DNA of 37,885 nucleotides from an uncultured Woeseia sp. (GTDB lineage: Bacteria; Pseudomonadota; Gammaproteobacteria; Steroidobacterales; UBA11654), in the NCBI GenBank assembly GCA_964561815.1, contig CAZLQT010000002.1, forward strand, positions 1 through 37,885. The letters are read 5' to 3'. The position numbers were made by a program, and so were the translations under genes. The notes under the pieces are model-generated. The model had not been told where the DNA came from. It saw only the letters and a list, made by a program, of their open reading frames with translations, and did no database searches. Below, in pieces: positions 11,828 through 22,473 of this stretch (positions are counted from its first letter, which is position 1; the number at the start of each line of letters is the position of its first letter).

Positions 11828-12765
11828 TTACCCAACTCTTTAAAGTATTTTTTAGACTCTTTTATGTCTAGATTAATTTGAGCTTTTAATTCATCCACAC
11901 CATTAAATTTCTTCTCGCCTCTAAGATATCTCATAAACTCCACTTGTATACGAGATTTATATATATCTTGATCAAAATTAAGTATATGCACTTCCAGATT
12001 CAGCGTCTTTCCTTCAACAGTCGGTTTATAACCAATATTTGCAACACCAAAATAAGCCTGATCATCATTCTCAATAACAACCTTTACGCAATAAACCCCT
12101 CTTAATGGGTTATTCAGTTTCCCTATAGCAATATTAGCTGTCGGAACACCGATGGTTCGACCTAATTGTTGTCCAGTAATTACTTTCCCTTCAATACAGT
12201 AATTTCTTCCTAGATATTCATTGACTACTTCAAGCTGATTATCAAATAATAATGTTCGAATTAGAGTACTTGAGACTCTCTTAGAATTAATCTCTACAGT
12301 GCTTATAGACTCGACAGTGAAATTATTGATCTTTGCAGATTCCTCTAATTCTTTGATTGAGCCCGCTTTATTTTTTGCAAATCTAAAATCATCGCCAACA
12401 ATAAGGTGTTTCACATTTAAATTATTAAGAAGGTGCGAATCTATAAACTCTTGTGCATCCAACTCCTCCATTTTTGAATCAAATGGAGGGACATAAAAAT
12501 TGTTTACTCCCATCTCCTTAATCAAATTATGCTTTTGACGAAATGAATTAAGCCTTAACTGTTTTTGATTCTTTGCAAAATAATCATTGGGTGTCGGCTC
12601 AAAACTAAAAACAACTGACGGTAAAGAAAGCTCTGAGGCTTTTTCAATAGCACGATTGATTAAAACCTGATGGCCTAAATGAAGACCATCAAAGACGCCA
12701 ATAGTTACAACACTTCCTTCATTGTAGATTTGATTGCCAGCTTTTATTCTTCTATAGACACGCAT
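11824..12765 (-). CDS. ribF: bifunctional riboflavin kinase / FMN adenylyltransferase
   Basis: 313 aa. The N-terminal adenylyltransferase motif is GVFDGLHLGHQ and the C-terminal kinase motifs are GVPTANI and LEVHILNFDQDIY. It overlaps the nusB start by 4 nt. Confidence 0.9.
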   Translation of the reverse strand: MRVYRRIKAGNQIYNEGSVVTIGVFDGLHLGHQVLINRAIEKASELSLPSVVFSFEPTPNDYFAKNQKQLRLNSFRQKHNLIKEMGVNNFYVPPFDSKMEELDAQEFIDSHLLNNLNVKHLIVGDDFRFAKNKAGSIKELEESAKINNFTVESISTVEINSKRVSSTLIRTLLFDNQLEVVNEYLGRNYCIEGKVITGQQLGRTIGVPTANIAIGKLNNPLRGVYCVKVVIENDDQAYFGVANIGYKPTVEGKTLNLEVHILNFDQDIYKSRIQVEFMRYLRGEKKFNGVDELKAQINLDIKESKKYFKELGK

Positions 12766-12804
12766 GAGAGATTTTTAACTAAGCCTTGATTAATATAAGT
12801 TCTT

Positions 12805-13242
12805 TTAAAGACGTTCAATAGTCTTAATCATATCAAGTGTGGCAAGAGTTGCCTCAACCCCTTTATTCCCTGAGCCATCACCTGATCTTTCGATTGCCTG
12901 ATTCATAGTGTCGCAGGTCAGCACACCAAACCCTATCGGAATTCCTAAGTCAATTGAAACTCTTGATAATCCTGCAGTAGCTTCTGCACAAATATAATCA
13001 AAGTGGGGGGTTGCGCCTCTAATCACTGCTCCCAAGGCAATAATCCCATCATACTTTCTAGTTTCTCCTACCTTCTTAGCAATCAAGGGGAGCTCAAAAG
13101 CTCCTGAGACCCTAAAGACATCTATTGATTTCTCTGAACAATTATTCTCCTTAAGGGTATCCACAGAACTCTGAATTAGTTTCTCAACCAATAAATCGTT
13201 AAATCTTGAGGCAACTATTGCAATCTTCCATGAGTTACTCAT
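12805..13242 (-). CDS. ribH: 6,7-dimethyl-8-ribityllumazine synthase
   Basis: 145 aa with IAIVASRFN, VSGAFELP and GAVIRGATPHFDY blocks. Confidence 0.9.
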   Translation of the reverse strand: MSNSWKIAIVASRFNDLLVEKLIQSSVDTLKENNCSEKSIDVFRVSGAFELPLIAKKVGETRKYDGIIALGAVIRGATPHFDYICAEATAGLSRVSIDLGIPIGFGVLTCDTMNQAIERSGDGSGNKGVEATLATLDMIKTIERL

Positions 13243-13244
13243 AA

Positions 13245-14381
13245 TCAGTCCTCTGATTTTTCCACGTATTCAGTGATCTCTAAATCGAATCCAGAAATTG
13301 CTTGCATTTGTTTTGGCTCGCTTACTACCTTCATTTTTCTTACCCCTAAATCCCTAAGAATTTGTGATCCTGTTCCATAATTTCTAAGCACTGAAGTCTC
13401 AGAATTATTATTTGGAGCTTTCTTTCCTAGGCCAAGATTCTGAACCGAGTCAATAAAATCTTTAGGCAGCCCTTGATAACAAATAACAACAAGCACAGCA
13501 TTATCTGATTGAGAAATTTGCTTCAAAGCGGATCGCAGTGGCCATCCAAGATTTTCATGATTTACACCAAGAGTGTCTCTAAGTTGATTAACTACATGAA
13601 CTCTAACGAGTGGATTTGACTCAGCGTTTATTTCGCCTTTTGCGAGTGCGAAATGCACTTCTCGGTTAATATGATCCTGAAAGGTATACAAATGAAATTC
13701 ACCGAATTCTGTCTGAATATCTTTTTGATCAATTCTCTCTATGGATTGCTCATTGGCAACTCGATAACGAATTAAATCAGCTATTGTGCCAATCTTGATA
13801 TCGTGTTTTTCTGAAAACTCAATTAGATCAGGTCTTCTAGCCATTGTTCCATCCTCATTAAGGATTTCAACAATTACTGCCGCTGGTGTTAAGCCGGCTA
13901 GCCGAGAGAGATCACAGCCAGCTTCCGTGTGTCCAGCTCTGGTTAAAACACCCCCTGGTTTTGCCATAAGAGGAAAAATGTGGCCAGGTTGCACGATATC
14001 AGTAGGTTGAGCATCTGGAGCCGTTGCCACCCTGATAGTTCGAGCTCTATCTTGAGCAGAAATCCCTGTTGTTACTCCTTTAGACGCTTCAATTGATACC
14101 GTAAAATTAGTCGATTCATTGTCATTAGTTTGTCGAGTCATAAGAGGTAAGCGTAAAAGATTGCAGCGTGCTTGTGTAAGCGTTAGACAAATTAGGCCTC
14201 GCCCATACTGAGCCATAAAATTAATGGCTTCAGCGTTGACTTTGTCTGCCGACATTATAAGGTCGCCTTCATTCTCCCGATTCTCATCATCGACAATAAT
14301 CACCATCTTCCCTTGGCGAAGATCTTCTGTGATTTCTTCTATCGAGGAAAATATTATTTCTTTGTCCCTTTTGGTTGCCAT
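13245..14381 (-). CDS. ribB: 3,4-dihydroxy-2-butanone-4-phosphate synthase fused to a degenerate GTP-cyclohydrolase-II-like domain (RibBX type)
   Basis: The N-terminal half carries DDENRENEGDL and TRAGHTEA (DHBP synthase). The C-terminal half aligns to RibA but reads VRVHVVNQLRDTLGVNHENLGWPL where RibA has VHSECLTGD...RCDCG. All three zinc cysteines are therefore absent. Confidence 0.85.
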   Translation of the reverse strand: MATKRDKEIIFSSIEEITEDLRQGKMVIIVDDENRENEGDLIMSADKVNAEAINFMAQYGRGLICLTLTQARCNLLRLPLMTRQTNDNESTNFTVSIEASKGVTTGISAQDRARTIRVATAPDAQPTDIVQPGHIFPLMAKPGGVLTRAGHTEAGCDLSRLAGLTPAAVIVEILNEDGTMARRPDLIEFSEKHDIKIGTIADLIRYRVANEQSIERIDQKDIQTEFGEFHLYTFQDHINREVHFALAKGEINAESNPLVRVHVVNQLRDTLGVNHENLGWPLRSALKQISQSDNAVLVVICYQGLPKDFIDSVQNLGLGKKAPNNNSETSVLRNYGTGSQILRDLGVRKMKVVSEPKQMQAISGFDLEITEYVEKSED

Positions 14382-14387
14382 AGTAAT

Positions 14388-14981
14388 CTATTTTTTGCTT
14401 GTGATGCTTTCCACATAGCGGGCAAGCATATCATATTCTATGTTAACCTTTGATCCGATCTGGTAACTATCCATAATAGTTCGTTCGAGTGTGTGAGGAA
14501 TTATTGTAACCTCAAAACCATTCTCTAAAACTCGATTGACAGTCAAGCTTACTCCATTAATGGAAATTGATCCTTTCCTTGCTAGAAAAGAAGTATTTTT
14601 TGCATCTATCTTGAAAGTAACTACCTTCGCTGCACCGTCTTTTTGAATGGAGCTTACTTCTGCAACTTCATCCACATGACCAAAAACAAAATGTCCATCA
14701 ATCGAATCACCTAATCTTAAAGATCGTTCAATATTGACCTGATCATTTATATTAAGTAACCCCAAATTGGTTACAGTTAGTGTTTCGTTAGAAACTTCCA
14801 CGGAAAAACAATCATCATTATATTCCATTGCTGTTAAGCAGACGCCATTGACAGCAATACTTGCCCCCATTTTTAAATTTGAAATATCTGTATCGCTAAC
14901 TTCAAATTGCATTTTTACAATATTATTAGATGTGTCTTTGCTTATGAGTCTTGCGCGACCTTCTATAATTCCACTAAACAT
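14388..14981 (-). CDS. ribE: riboflavin synthase (alpha chain)
   Basis: 197 aa starting MFSGIIEG, with duplicated lumazine-binding repeats containing NGVCLT and NGVSLT. Confidence 0.9.
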   Translation of the reverse strand: MFSGIIEGRARLISKDTSNNIVKMQFEVSDTDISNLKMGASIAVNGVCLTAMEYNDDCFSVEVSNETLTVTNLGLLNINDQVNIERSLRLGDSIDGHFVFGHVDEVAEVSSIQKDGAAKVVTFKIDAKNTSFLARKGSISINGVSLTVNRVLENGFEVTIIPHTLERTIMDSYQIGSKVNIEYDMLARYVESITSKK

Positions 14982-14982
14982 T

Positions 14983-16053
14983 TTATTTCCTTAACACTAC
15001 CCTAAGATCCGTCCCAATCTGGTCAATGGATTCCATATAAAAACGAAATGACTCTGATAGTTCATTAAGCATTGGTAACTCAAACATGCCTCTAGATGAA
15101 TTCCCTAGTACTGAAGGTGCAAGATAAATAATAATTTCATCAATCAAGCCTTGGTTTAAAAAAGCCCCATTAAGATTGGGTCCTGCCTCGATTAGTACTT
15201 CATTAAACTCTTTGTTTGCTAAATCAATAGTAATATCTTCAAGGCTCACATGCCCATTGTTTGCATTAACAAATAATACATCCTCACGTGGACGATTCGG
15301 TTCATTATTCATTAAGGTGTATACAAAACTTTCTCCTGATAAATTAAATATCCTCTCACTGCCCTTAGTTTTTAGTTGACTATCAAGAACAATCCTTGTC
15401 GGCTGATATTTATCAGAAAAATCCGGGAGCCTTACATTTAAAGAGGGATCATCCATTAATACCGTTGAGGCCGAAGTCAGGACACCACAGCTCCTGGCTC
15501 TCCATTTTTGTACATCCTGCCTGGATTCTTCGCTAGTGATCCACTGACTTTTACCATTCTTCAAAGCAGTCCGTCCGTCAATACTTGCTCCGATTTTTGT
15601 TCTTATATAAGGTCGATTGTTTGACATACGATGACAAAAACCGATATTGAGTTCCCTTGCTTCTTGATCTAGTAGCCCATAAGAAACTTTAACCCCTGCC
15701 TCTTCTAAGATCTTAATACTCTGTCCTGAAACTTTTGGATTAGGATCAACCATTGCAAAAAAAACTTCTTTTATCTCAGCTGCTATAAGCGCATCGACAC
15801 AAGGTGGCGTCTTACCTTTATGCGTGCACGGTTCTAGAGAGATGTATGCCGTAGCCCCTTTAGTCTCATCGTTGGCATTATTAAGTGCATTAATCTCAGC
15901 ATGGTCTTCTCCAGTTTTATGATGAAAACCTTGTCCAATAATTTTATTGTCCTTAACCAGCACGCAACCAACTCTTGGGTTAGGTTTGCAGCTAAATATA
16001 CCTTCTTTTGCTAGATCAATAGCCAATTGCATGAATTTTTGAGAATCACTCAT
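14983..16053 (-). CDS. ribD: bifunctional diaminohydroxyphosphoribosylaminopyrimidine deaminase / 5-amino-6-(5-phosphoribosylamino)uracil reductase
   Basis: 356 aa with deaminase zinc motifs HAEINAL and PCTHKGKTPPC, followed by the reductase domain. Confidence 0.9.
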   Translation of the reverse strand: MSDSQKFMQLAIDLAKEGIFSCKPNPRVGCVLVKDNKIIGQGFHHKTGEDHAEINALNNANDETKGATAYISLEPCTHKGKTPPCVDALIAAEIKEVFFAMVDPNPKVSGQSIKILEEAGVKVSYGLLDQEARELNIGFCHRMSNNRPYIRTKIGASIDGRTALKNGKSQWITSEESRQDVQKWRARSCGVLTSASTVLMDDPSLNVRLPDFSDKYQPTRIVLDSQLKTKGSERIFNLSGESFVYTLMNNEPNRPREDVLFVNANNGHVSLEDITIDLANKEFNEVLIEAGPNLNGAFLNQGLIDEIIIYLAPSVLGNSSRGMFELPMLNELSESFRFYMESIDQIGTDLRVVLRK

Positions 16054-16562
16054 GTCTCTTCATCCTCATCAGGAAAGATTGAAATCTGAGATCTCGCATC
16101 TGCTTCTGTTGGTGTATCTCTTAGTGTTTCAATTTCTTTTTCAAATTCTTCGATATCTTGGAATCGTCTATAAACAGAAGCATAGCGAACGAAAGCTATT
16201 TCATCTATTTCTCTTAGTTCCTTCATAACAATATCGCCCAATGCTCTTGATTGGATTTCTCTTTCTCCCAATTTTTGTACTTGCCTAATCACTCTAGAAA
16301 TAACTTCTTCTATGGTCTCAATACTAATTGGTCTCTTTTCAGTGGCAGTAAGAATACCGCTTCTTAATTTTGATTCATCAAACGGTTCTCTTGATTCGTC
16401 TCGTTTTATTAATTTTGGCAGCAACAGTTCTGCTGATTCAAATGTGGTAAATCTCTCCGTGCATTTTATGCATTCCCGCCTTCTTCTGGTTTGATAGCCG
16501 TCACCCGCTAGACGCGAGTCCACAACCTTGGTTTCTTGATTACCACAAAAAGGGCAGAACAT
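16050..16562 (-). CDS. nrdR: transcriptional repressor NrdR
   Basis: 170 aa with the zinc ribbon MFCPFCG...ECIKC followed by an ATP-cone. It overlaps ribD by 4 nt, as is usual. Confidence 0.95.
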   Translation of the reverse strand: MFCPFCGNQETKVVDSRLAGDGYQTRRRRECIKCTERFTTFESAELLLPKLIKRDESREPFDESKLRSGILTATEKRPISIETIEEVISRVIRQVQKLGEREIQSRALGDIVMKELREIDEIAFVRYASVYRRFQDIEEFEKEIETLRDTPTEADARSQISIFPDEDEET

Positions 16563-16568
16563 AACTAA

Positions 16569-17828
16569 TCAGGATATATAAACTGGGAATCTCTCACACA
16601 GCTTTTTAACATCAGCCTTAGTCGAAGCAATTATTGATGTGTTGTCGATATTTGTAAGGACCGTGTCAATCATTTCAACAAGCAATACTATTTCGTTTTC
16701 TCCAAAGCCACGGGTAGTAATTGCTGGTGTACCTATTCTGAGTCCGCTTGTGATCATCGGTGATCTTGTGTCATTAGGCACAGAATTTTTATTCAGTGTA
16801 ATGTTTGCTTGCCCAAGCGCCGCCTCACCGTCAGCTCCTGTAATACCCTTGTTAGTTAAATCCACTAAAAACAAATGGCAATCCGTCCCGTCAGAAACAA
16901 TATCGTAGCCTGAGTCTTGAAGTAATGTTGCCATCAATCTAGCATTATCAACCACCTTTTGCTGGTAGTCCTTAAACTCAGGTTTCATGGCTTCCAGAAA
17001 TGCGTGGGCCTTGGCCGCAATCACATGCATCAATGGACCTCCTTGTGTTCCAGGAAAAACTTGCTTATTTATAGCTTTTTGTATTTCTTCATTCTCTCTA
17101 GCCAAAATTATTCCTCCTCTTGGACCTCTTAAGGTTTTGTGTGTGGTTGAGGTGGTCACATCGGCTATTGGAACGGGGTTTGGATAACAATCGGCGGCAA
17201 CTAAACCTGCTATATGAGCCATATCAACCATCAAATAAGCGCCAATTGAATCAGCTATTTCTCTAAATTTGTTCCAGTCAGCTATTCTTGAATAAGCTGA
17301 AAATCCTGCAACAATCATTTTTGGTGAATGCTCCTTGGCTAAGCTTGCAACTTGAGCATAATCTATTTCGCCACTATCGGAATCCAAGCCATAAGAAATA
17401 AAACGATAGAGTTTTCCTGAAAAATTTACCTTAGCGCCATGGGTTAAATGACCTCCCTCAGATAAACTCATACCAAGAATGGTATCGCCCGGTTCCAATA
17501 AAGACATGTAAACAGCCATGTTTGCTTGTGAGCCAGAATGTGGCTGTACATTAGCATAATCAGCGCTGAATAGTTTTTTAGCCCTTTCAATAGCCAGTGT
17601 TTCAGCTTCATCAACATGCTCACAACCGCCATAATAGCGTCTACCCGGATAACCCTCGGCATATTTATTGGTTAAAACTGAACCTTGCAATTCCATCACT
17701 AAGGGAGTGGTGTAATTTTCTGAAGCGATCAGTTCTATATGCTCTTCTTGCCTCTGTTGTTCTTTTTCTACAGCCTTAGCTAGATCAGGATCGAGTTCAT
17801 TGATTGTCTTATTTACAGTCATTGTCAT
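16569..17828 (-). CDS. glyA: serine hydroxymethyltransferase
   Basis: Contains [25 protein letters not shown] and the PLP-lysine block [12 protein letters not shown]. The ORF track begins at TTG 17837. The first ATG is at 17828 and another lies at 17822. Start choice is uncertain because no SD is visible. Confidence 0.93.
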   Translation of the reverse strand: MTMTVNKTINELDPDLAKAVEKEQQRQEEHIELIASENYTTPLVMELQGSVLTNKYAEGYPGRRYYGGCEHVDEAETLAIERAKKLFSADYANVQPHSGSQANMAVYMSLLEPGDTILGMSLSEGGHLTHGAKVNFSGKLYRFISYGLDSDSGEIDYAQVASLAKEHSPKMIVAGFSAYSRIADWNKFREIADSIGAYLMVDMAHIAGLVAADCYPNPVPIADVTTSTTHKTLRGPRGGIILARENEEIQKAINKQVFPGTQGGPLMHVIAAKAHAFLEAMKPEFKDYQQKVVDNARLMATLLQDSGYDIVSDGTDCHLFLVDLTNKGITGADGEAALGQANITLNKNSVPNDTRSPMITSGLRIGTPAITTRGFGENEIVLLVEMIDTVLTNIDNTSIIASTKADVKKLCERFPVYIS

Positions 17829-17904
17829 TATTTTCAAAATTAAGTATGCAGATTTTACTTATATAAACTAAATAGATCGATTGTTTTTACAAAAAAAGCA
17901 AGAT

Positions 17905-20900
17905 TTATCCAATCCATTCCCTCGCATTGTAAAAAATCTCTAGCCAAGGTCCGTCTTCCTCCCATTCAGGAGGGCACCAAGAATGTTGTTGTTTCCTAAT
18001 AACCCTCTCAGGATGCGGCATAATGATGGTTGCCCTTCCGTCTTCAGAGCAAAAACCTGCTAAACCGCCTGCTGAACCATTTGGATTAGATGGGTAAAGT
18101 TCACTAGGACGTCCATAATTGTCGACATATCTCAAAGAGATTTGATTATGCTGATCTAAAGCCTTTCTGTCGTTCATTTGATGATACTGAGTTCTTCCTT
18201 CGCCATGAGAGGTAGCTATTGGAAGAATAGACCCTTCCATACCCCTTAAAAACAATGAGGAACTCTTGGTAATTTCAACTAGACTTAATCTCGCTTCAAA
18301 TTGTTCGGAAAGGTTTTTAACGAAATGCGGCCAGTGGCCAGCACCTGGAATTATATCTTTTAGTTGCGATAGCATTTGGCAACCGTTACAGACTCCCAAT
18401 GTGAACGTTTCTGAATGGTTAAAAAAATCTTCAAAATGTTCTTTGACTTTAGGGTTAAATAGAATGGACTTAGCCCAGCCGCCGCCTGCACCTAAAACAT
18501 CCCCGTAAGAAAAACCTCCGCATGCAACAAGACCTCTAAAATCATCCAGACCCATTTGACCGCTTATAAGATCTGTCATGTGGACATCGACAGCTTCAAA
18601 CCCCGCTTTATAAAATGCTACGGCCATCTCAACATGGCTGTTGACTCCTTGTTCCCTTAAAACAGCGATTTTTGGTCTTTCATCTTTATAGCGAATTAAT
18701 TGGTCTTTTTTTGTTCTAGAAAAATTAACTTTAGTGGTTATTCCAGGGTCTTCTTCATCCAACATTGCTTCGAAACCTTCCTTAGCTGTTTTAGGATTAT
18801 CTCTTAAAGATTGCATCCTAAAGGATAATTCTGACCAAGCTTTTCTTAGCTCCCTCAAATCAAAATTGATTGAATGGTTGTGACCAGTTTCCAAGATAAT
18901 CCGCTTATTATTCTGGGTCTCTCCTATAACAGTTGATAACCCATCGAGAGAATGGTTCTGTAAAATATTCATGACGCTATCAACTTCGTTCTTATCAATC
19001 TCTATAACTGCCCCTATCTCTTCTGAGAAAAGTAAAGCCAAAGTTTCATCTATGGATCCTGTGTTTAAGTCAACTTTAACCCCAGTGTTACCAGCGAATG
19101 CCATTTCAGTGAGAGTAGCGAATAAACCGCCATCAGAACGATCGTGATAAGCAAGTATCTTATTGTTAAGTTTTAGATCTGTTATGGCCTTAAATAAGGA
19201 ACTTAACAAATCTGGATCAATATCAGGGGATTCACCGAGAGATCGATTATAAACCTGAGCCAAACAAGAAGCACCTAATCGATTAAGGCCTTTCCCCAGA
19301 TCAATAAGTAAAAGCAAGCTACCATTTTGACGCTTCAATTGAGGTGTGATTGTCTTATTAACATCATCAACTTGGGCAAAAGCTGAAATAATTAATGATA
19401 GCGGAGCGGTCACCTGATGTTCTTTTTCGTCTGTTTTCCAAGTGGTTTGCATCGATAATGAATCTTTGCCCACCGGGATGGTAAGACCTATTTGGCTACA
19501 AAAATCAATCGTCACTGCTCTCACAGTTTCGAACAAAGCTTGTTTTTGAGAGTCAGTTTGAATCGACGACATCCAATTGGCTGAAAACTTAATATCTGAG
19601 ATATGTTTAACTGAAGCAGAAAGGATATTAGTTATTGCCTCAGCCACTGCTAAACGACCTGATGCCGATGGATTAATTGTTGCAACTGGGGTTCTTTCGC
19701 CCATAGACATTGCTTCACCTAGGGATGATTTATGATCTTTCAGTGTAACCCCAACATTGCTTACAGGAACCTGCCAAGGCCCAACAAACTGATCTTGAGA
19801 AACTAAACCGCCCACTGTTCGATCGCCTATATGGATTAGAAATGTTTTGTCTGCAACGGTTGGGAATCTGAGAATCCTTTTACAAGCATCATCGATCTCT
19901 ATTCCATCCAATGATTCACCATTGACGGTTGAGGATTCAGTAGAAATTGAGAGTTCAGTTTTTGGAGGATTCCCAAACAAGACCTCCATAGGCATATCGA
20001 TTGGGAAATCATTAAAGTGTGAATCCTTAAGTTTTAGATAACCGTGTGTACTAACCTCTCCAATTACAGTGTAAGGGCATCGCTCTCTTTGACAAATTTC
20101 ATTAAACAGCTCTAAATTTTCTGGGTCAATAGATAAGACATAGCGTTCTTGAGCCTCATTGCACCAAATTTCTAAAGGAGTCATGCCTGGTTCGGCATTG
20201 AGTATTTTCCTCAATTCTAAATCAGCAGACATTTTACTGTGGTCAATGATTTCAGGAACAGCATTTGACAGACCGCCAGCCCCAACGTCATGAATTAAAA
20301 TAATGGGATTGCTGCACTCGTGTGTTTTATCAAGAGTTAGACTGAAACATCGGTTTATCACTTCTTGGGCTCGTCGCTCCAGTTCAGCGTTATCCCTTTG
20401 AACTGAAGCAAAATCAAGATCTTCATTGCTCGTACCTGCATTTAGAGATGATGCAGACCCTCCACCAAGCCCGATAAGCATAGACGGGCCCCCTAAGACG
20501 ATAATTAATGACCCTTTTGTAGTGTCTTTCTTTTGAACGGCAGAGTCTGAAATATTTCCCATTCCTCCGACAATCATGATGGGCTTATGATAACCCCAAG
20601 AATTATTCTGACTTTGATCCTTTGGTGTTTCAAAAGTTCTGAAATACCCAAGAATATTAGGTCTACCGAATTCATTGTTAAACGCAGCTCCTCCTATAGG
20701 CCCTTCAGTCATAATATCCAACGCTGAAGCGATTCGGTTTGGCTTACCTATTGTTGTTTCCCAGGGTTGCACGTCATCTGGAATTCTTAGGTGAGAGACT
20801 GAAAAACCGGTTAAGCCTGCTTTAGGTGTACCTCCCCTACCAGTGGCAGCCTCGTCTCTTATTTCTCCTCCAGACCCGGTTGCTGCTCCTGGATAGGGAG

Positions 20901-21807
20901 AAATTGCTGTGGGGTGATTGTGTGTCTCGACCTTCATCATTGTATGAATATCGTCTTCTACAAAAGAGTATTTCTGATTCATGTTTGACGGTATAAACCA
21001 ATTTGCTTTTCTCCCGGTCATTACTGCTGCATTGTCCTTATAGGCAGACAAGACCCCTTCAGAATTCGATTTGTATGTGTGCTTAATCATATCGAATAAG
21101 CTTAATTCCTCTTTTTTGCCATCTATGGTCCATTCGGCATTAAAGACCTTATGTCTGCAGTGTTCAGAATTTGCTTGAGCAAACATCATTAATTCAGCAT
21201 CTGTAGGGTCTCTATCTAAACGCTGGAATTGTTCTAAGAGATAATGAATCTCTTGATCATTAAGAGCTAAACCTAAATCAGTATTAGCTTTGTCTAAAGC
21301 CTCTTGGCCTTTGGACAATATGGGAACAGTGCTATGAGGAAGAGGGTCTTCTGTTTGGAAAATAACATCAAGCTGATCAAACTCAGTCAATACCTGCTGT
21401 GTCATCCGATCATAAAGCATGGAGATGCAATTGTTCGTTTTCTCAGGATCGTTGGAGAGAGAAACCAAAGTAAACATTAATCCCCGCTCTATTCGCTGAA
21501 TATTTTTTAACCCTGAGCTATGAGCAATATCTGTTGACTTGCTTGACCACGGTGAAGTTGTGCCTAATCTGGGAATGACGAGAATTTTATCTCCCTCATC
21601 AGGTCCAATGTCCCAATCCGGGCCATAAGTGAGAAGAGATTCTAGAATATTATGCTCTTCATCACTAAGTTTCTTTGTATTGTCTATAAAGTGGATATAC
21701 CTTGCACCAATTGATGTGATGCTTGGGTCTATGTTTTGCAGTTCAGTTAAAAGTTGATTGAGCCTGAAAGGTGAGTGTGATGGGGGTCCCTCAATAGTGA
21801 TCATCAT
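17905..21807 (-). CDS. purL: phosphoribosylformylglycinamidine synthase (large single-chain form)
   Basis: 1300 aa. It has an N-terminal PurS-like segment, AIR-synthase-like repeats and a C-terminal glutaminase with GVCNGCQM and HPERV. Confidence 0.95.
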   Translation of the reverse strand: MMITIEGPPSHSPFRLNQLLTELQNIDPSITSIGARYIHFIDNTKKLSDEEHNILESLLTYGPDWDIGPDEGDKILVIPRLGTTSPWSSKSTDIAHSSGLKNIQRIERGLMFTLVSLSNDPEKTNNCISMLYDRMTQQVLTEFDQLDVIFQTEDPLPHSTVPILSKGQEALDKANTDLGLALNDQEIHYLLEQFQRLDRDPTDAELMMFAQANSEHCRHKVFNAEWTIDGKKEELSLFDMIKHTYKSNSEGVLSAYKDNAAVMTGRKANWFIPSNMNQKYSFVEDDIHTMMKVETHNHPTAISPYPGAATGSGGEIRDEAATGRGGTPKAGLTGFSVSHLRIPDDVQPWETTIGKPNRIASALDIMTEGPIGGAAFNNEFGRPNILGYFRTFETPKDQSQNNSWGYHKPIMIVGGMGNISDSAVQKKDTTKGSLIIVLGGPSMLIGLGGGSASSLNAGTSNEDLDFASVQRDNAELERRAQEVINRCFSLTLDKTHECSNPIILIHDVGAGGLSNAVPEIIDHSKMSADLELRKILNAEPGMTPLEIWCNEAQERYVLSIDPENLELFNEICQRERCPYTVIGEVSTHGYLKLKDSHFNDFPIDMPMEVLFGNPPKTELSISTESSTVNGESLDGIEIDDACKRILRFPTVADKTFLIHIGDRTVGGLVSQDQFVGPWQVPVSNVGVTLKDHKSSLGEAMSMGERTPVATINPSASGRLAVAEAITNILSASVKHISDIKFSANWMSSIQTDSQKQALFETVRAVTIDFCSQIGLTIPVGKDSLSMQTTWKTDEKEHQVTAPLSLIISAFAQVDDVNKTITPQLKRQNGSLLLLIDLGKGLNRLGASCLAQVYNRSLGESPDIDPDLLSSLFKAITDLKLNNKILAYHDRSDGGLFATLTEMAFAGNTGVKVDLNTGSIDETLALLFSEEIGAVIEIDKNEVDSVMNILQNHSLDGLSTVIGETQNNKRIILETGHNHSINFDLRELRKAWSELSFRMQSLRDNPKTAKEGFEAMLDEEDPGITTKVNFSRTKKDQLIRYKDERPKIAVLREQGVNSHVEMAVAFYKAGFEAVDVHMTDLISGQMGLDDFRGLVACGGFSYGDVLGAGGGWAKSILFNPKVKEHFEDFFNHSETFTLGVCNGCQMLSQLKDIIPGAGHWPHFVKNLSEQFEARLSLVEITKSSSLFLRGMEGSILPIATSHGEGRTQYHQMNDRKALDQHNQISLRYVDNYGRPSELYPSNPNGSAGGLAGFCSEDGRATIIMPHPERVIRKQQHSWCPPEWEEDGPWLEIFYNAREWIG

Positions 21808-21825
21808 TCACTCCTGATCAAAAAA

Positions 21826-22161
21826 CTAAGTCTTCGATTTATCATCTGGGACAAAAACGGTGTTTGGTAGTTGGGTCACATTATCCCCTTCAGCTTTGCT
21901 AACTTTGCTAACGCCCTCTTTGTCAACTTCATCAATTCTCAGGACAGAATGCATCGGAATATAGGTACGCTTAACACCTTCAAATTCTGTTTTTATCTTT
22001 TCTTCTGAGGGATCAACCACTAATGATGTTTTTTCTCCGAAAACAAGAGATTCTATTTCTATAAAGCCAAGGAGATTACTATTTGCAACACTTTTAGCAT
22101 AAATCTCATAGAGCTTACCCTGATTACTAAAAGTGATTTTATATAGTTTTTTTGATGCCAT
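21826..22161 (-). CDS. DUF1820-family protein (conserved gammaproteobacterial protein of unknown function)
   Basis: 111 aa. LYKITFSNQGKLYEIYAK...VVDPSEEKIKTEFEGVKRTYIPMHSVLRIDEV matches my memory of the DUF1820 pattern. It lies 18 nt upstream of purL. Confidence 0.65.
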   Translation of the reverse strand: MASKKLYKITFSNQGKLYEIYAKSVANSNLLGFIEIESLVFGEKTSLVVDPSEEKIKTEFEGVKRTYIPMHSVLRIDEVDKEGVSKVSKAEGDNVTQLPNTVFVPDDKSKT

Positions 22162-22270
22162 TTAATTGATCAATCTAACAACGAATCTTTGACGAATTAT
22201 AACTCAGAATTTAACTCTTATGGTCATTATTATAATGTCTTGCTGTAGAGACAAAGAAAATAATTGAAAT

Positions 22271-22289
22271 GATAATGATTATCATTATT
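22271..22289. promoter_or_regulatory. Fur box
   Basis: GATAATGATTATCATTATT matches the E. coli consensus GATAATGATAATCATTATC at 17 of 19 positions. It sits in a run of NATWAT-like hexamers from 22259 to 22294 (AATAAT TGAAAT GATAAT GATTAT CATTAT TATGAT). It is 185 nt upstream of the P19-like gene. Confidence 0.7.
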
Positions 22290-22318
22290 ATGATAAATAA
22301 TACTATGCTGTTGGGCTG

Positions 22319-22459
22319 ATGAACTTGCTAGAAAAAATAAAATCAAATAAAAAAAAGATTCTTAACTACACGGTAAAGGGATCCATTTGGTTTTTTATTA
22401 TTAAGGGCACAATTTCAACAACAATTATTTTATTGGGAATTTTTTATCTAACAAAATAA
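22319..22459 (+). CDS. hypothetical 46-aa protein with a C-terminal hydrophobic helix (MNLLEKIKSNKKKILNYTVKGSIWFFIIKGTISTTIILLGIFYLTK)
   Basis: Hand-found ORF filling the space between the Fur box and the P19-like gene. It ends 14 nt before the P19 TTG start. The SD is weak (only GGG), so it may be non-coding leader sequence. Confidence 0.25.
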   Translation: MNLLEKIKSNKKKILNYTVKGSIWFFIIKGTISTTIILLGIFYLTK

Positions 22460-22473
22460 AAAGGGAGAATTAA

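Noticed and set aside
12766-16053. Looked for an FMN (RFN) riboswitch in front of the rib genes.
   Set aside because: Intergenic gaps in the rib block are only 1-39 nt, far too short for an RFN element of about 140 nt. No conserved RFN core was seen.
17838-17904. A/T-only pairing TTGTTTTTAC/AAAAAAAGCAA between the purL stop and the glyA start as a possible terminator.
   Set aside because: The stem is almost entirely A-T pairs and is predicted to be very weak. I cannot distinguish it from background AT-rich sequence.
22165-22174. 10-bp perfect palindrome ATTGATCAAT (contains GATC) 4 nt upstream of the DUF1820 start codon.
   Set aside because: It is short, AT-rich and expected by chance in this composition. 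I could see no second copy and no known operator match.
22290-22473. Possible Fur-regulated small RNA (RyhB/PrrF-like) downstream of the Fur box.
   Set aside because: I could find no stable terminator hairpin with a U-tract before the P19 start. The interval is fully open as a 46-codon ORF, so it is reported as an ORF or leader instead.
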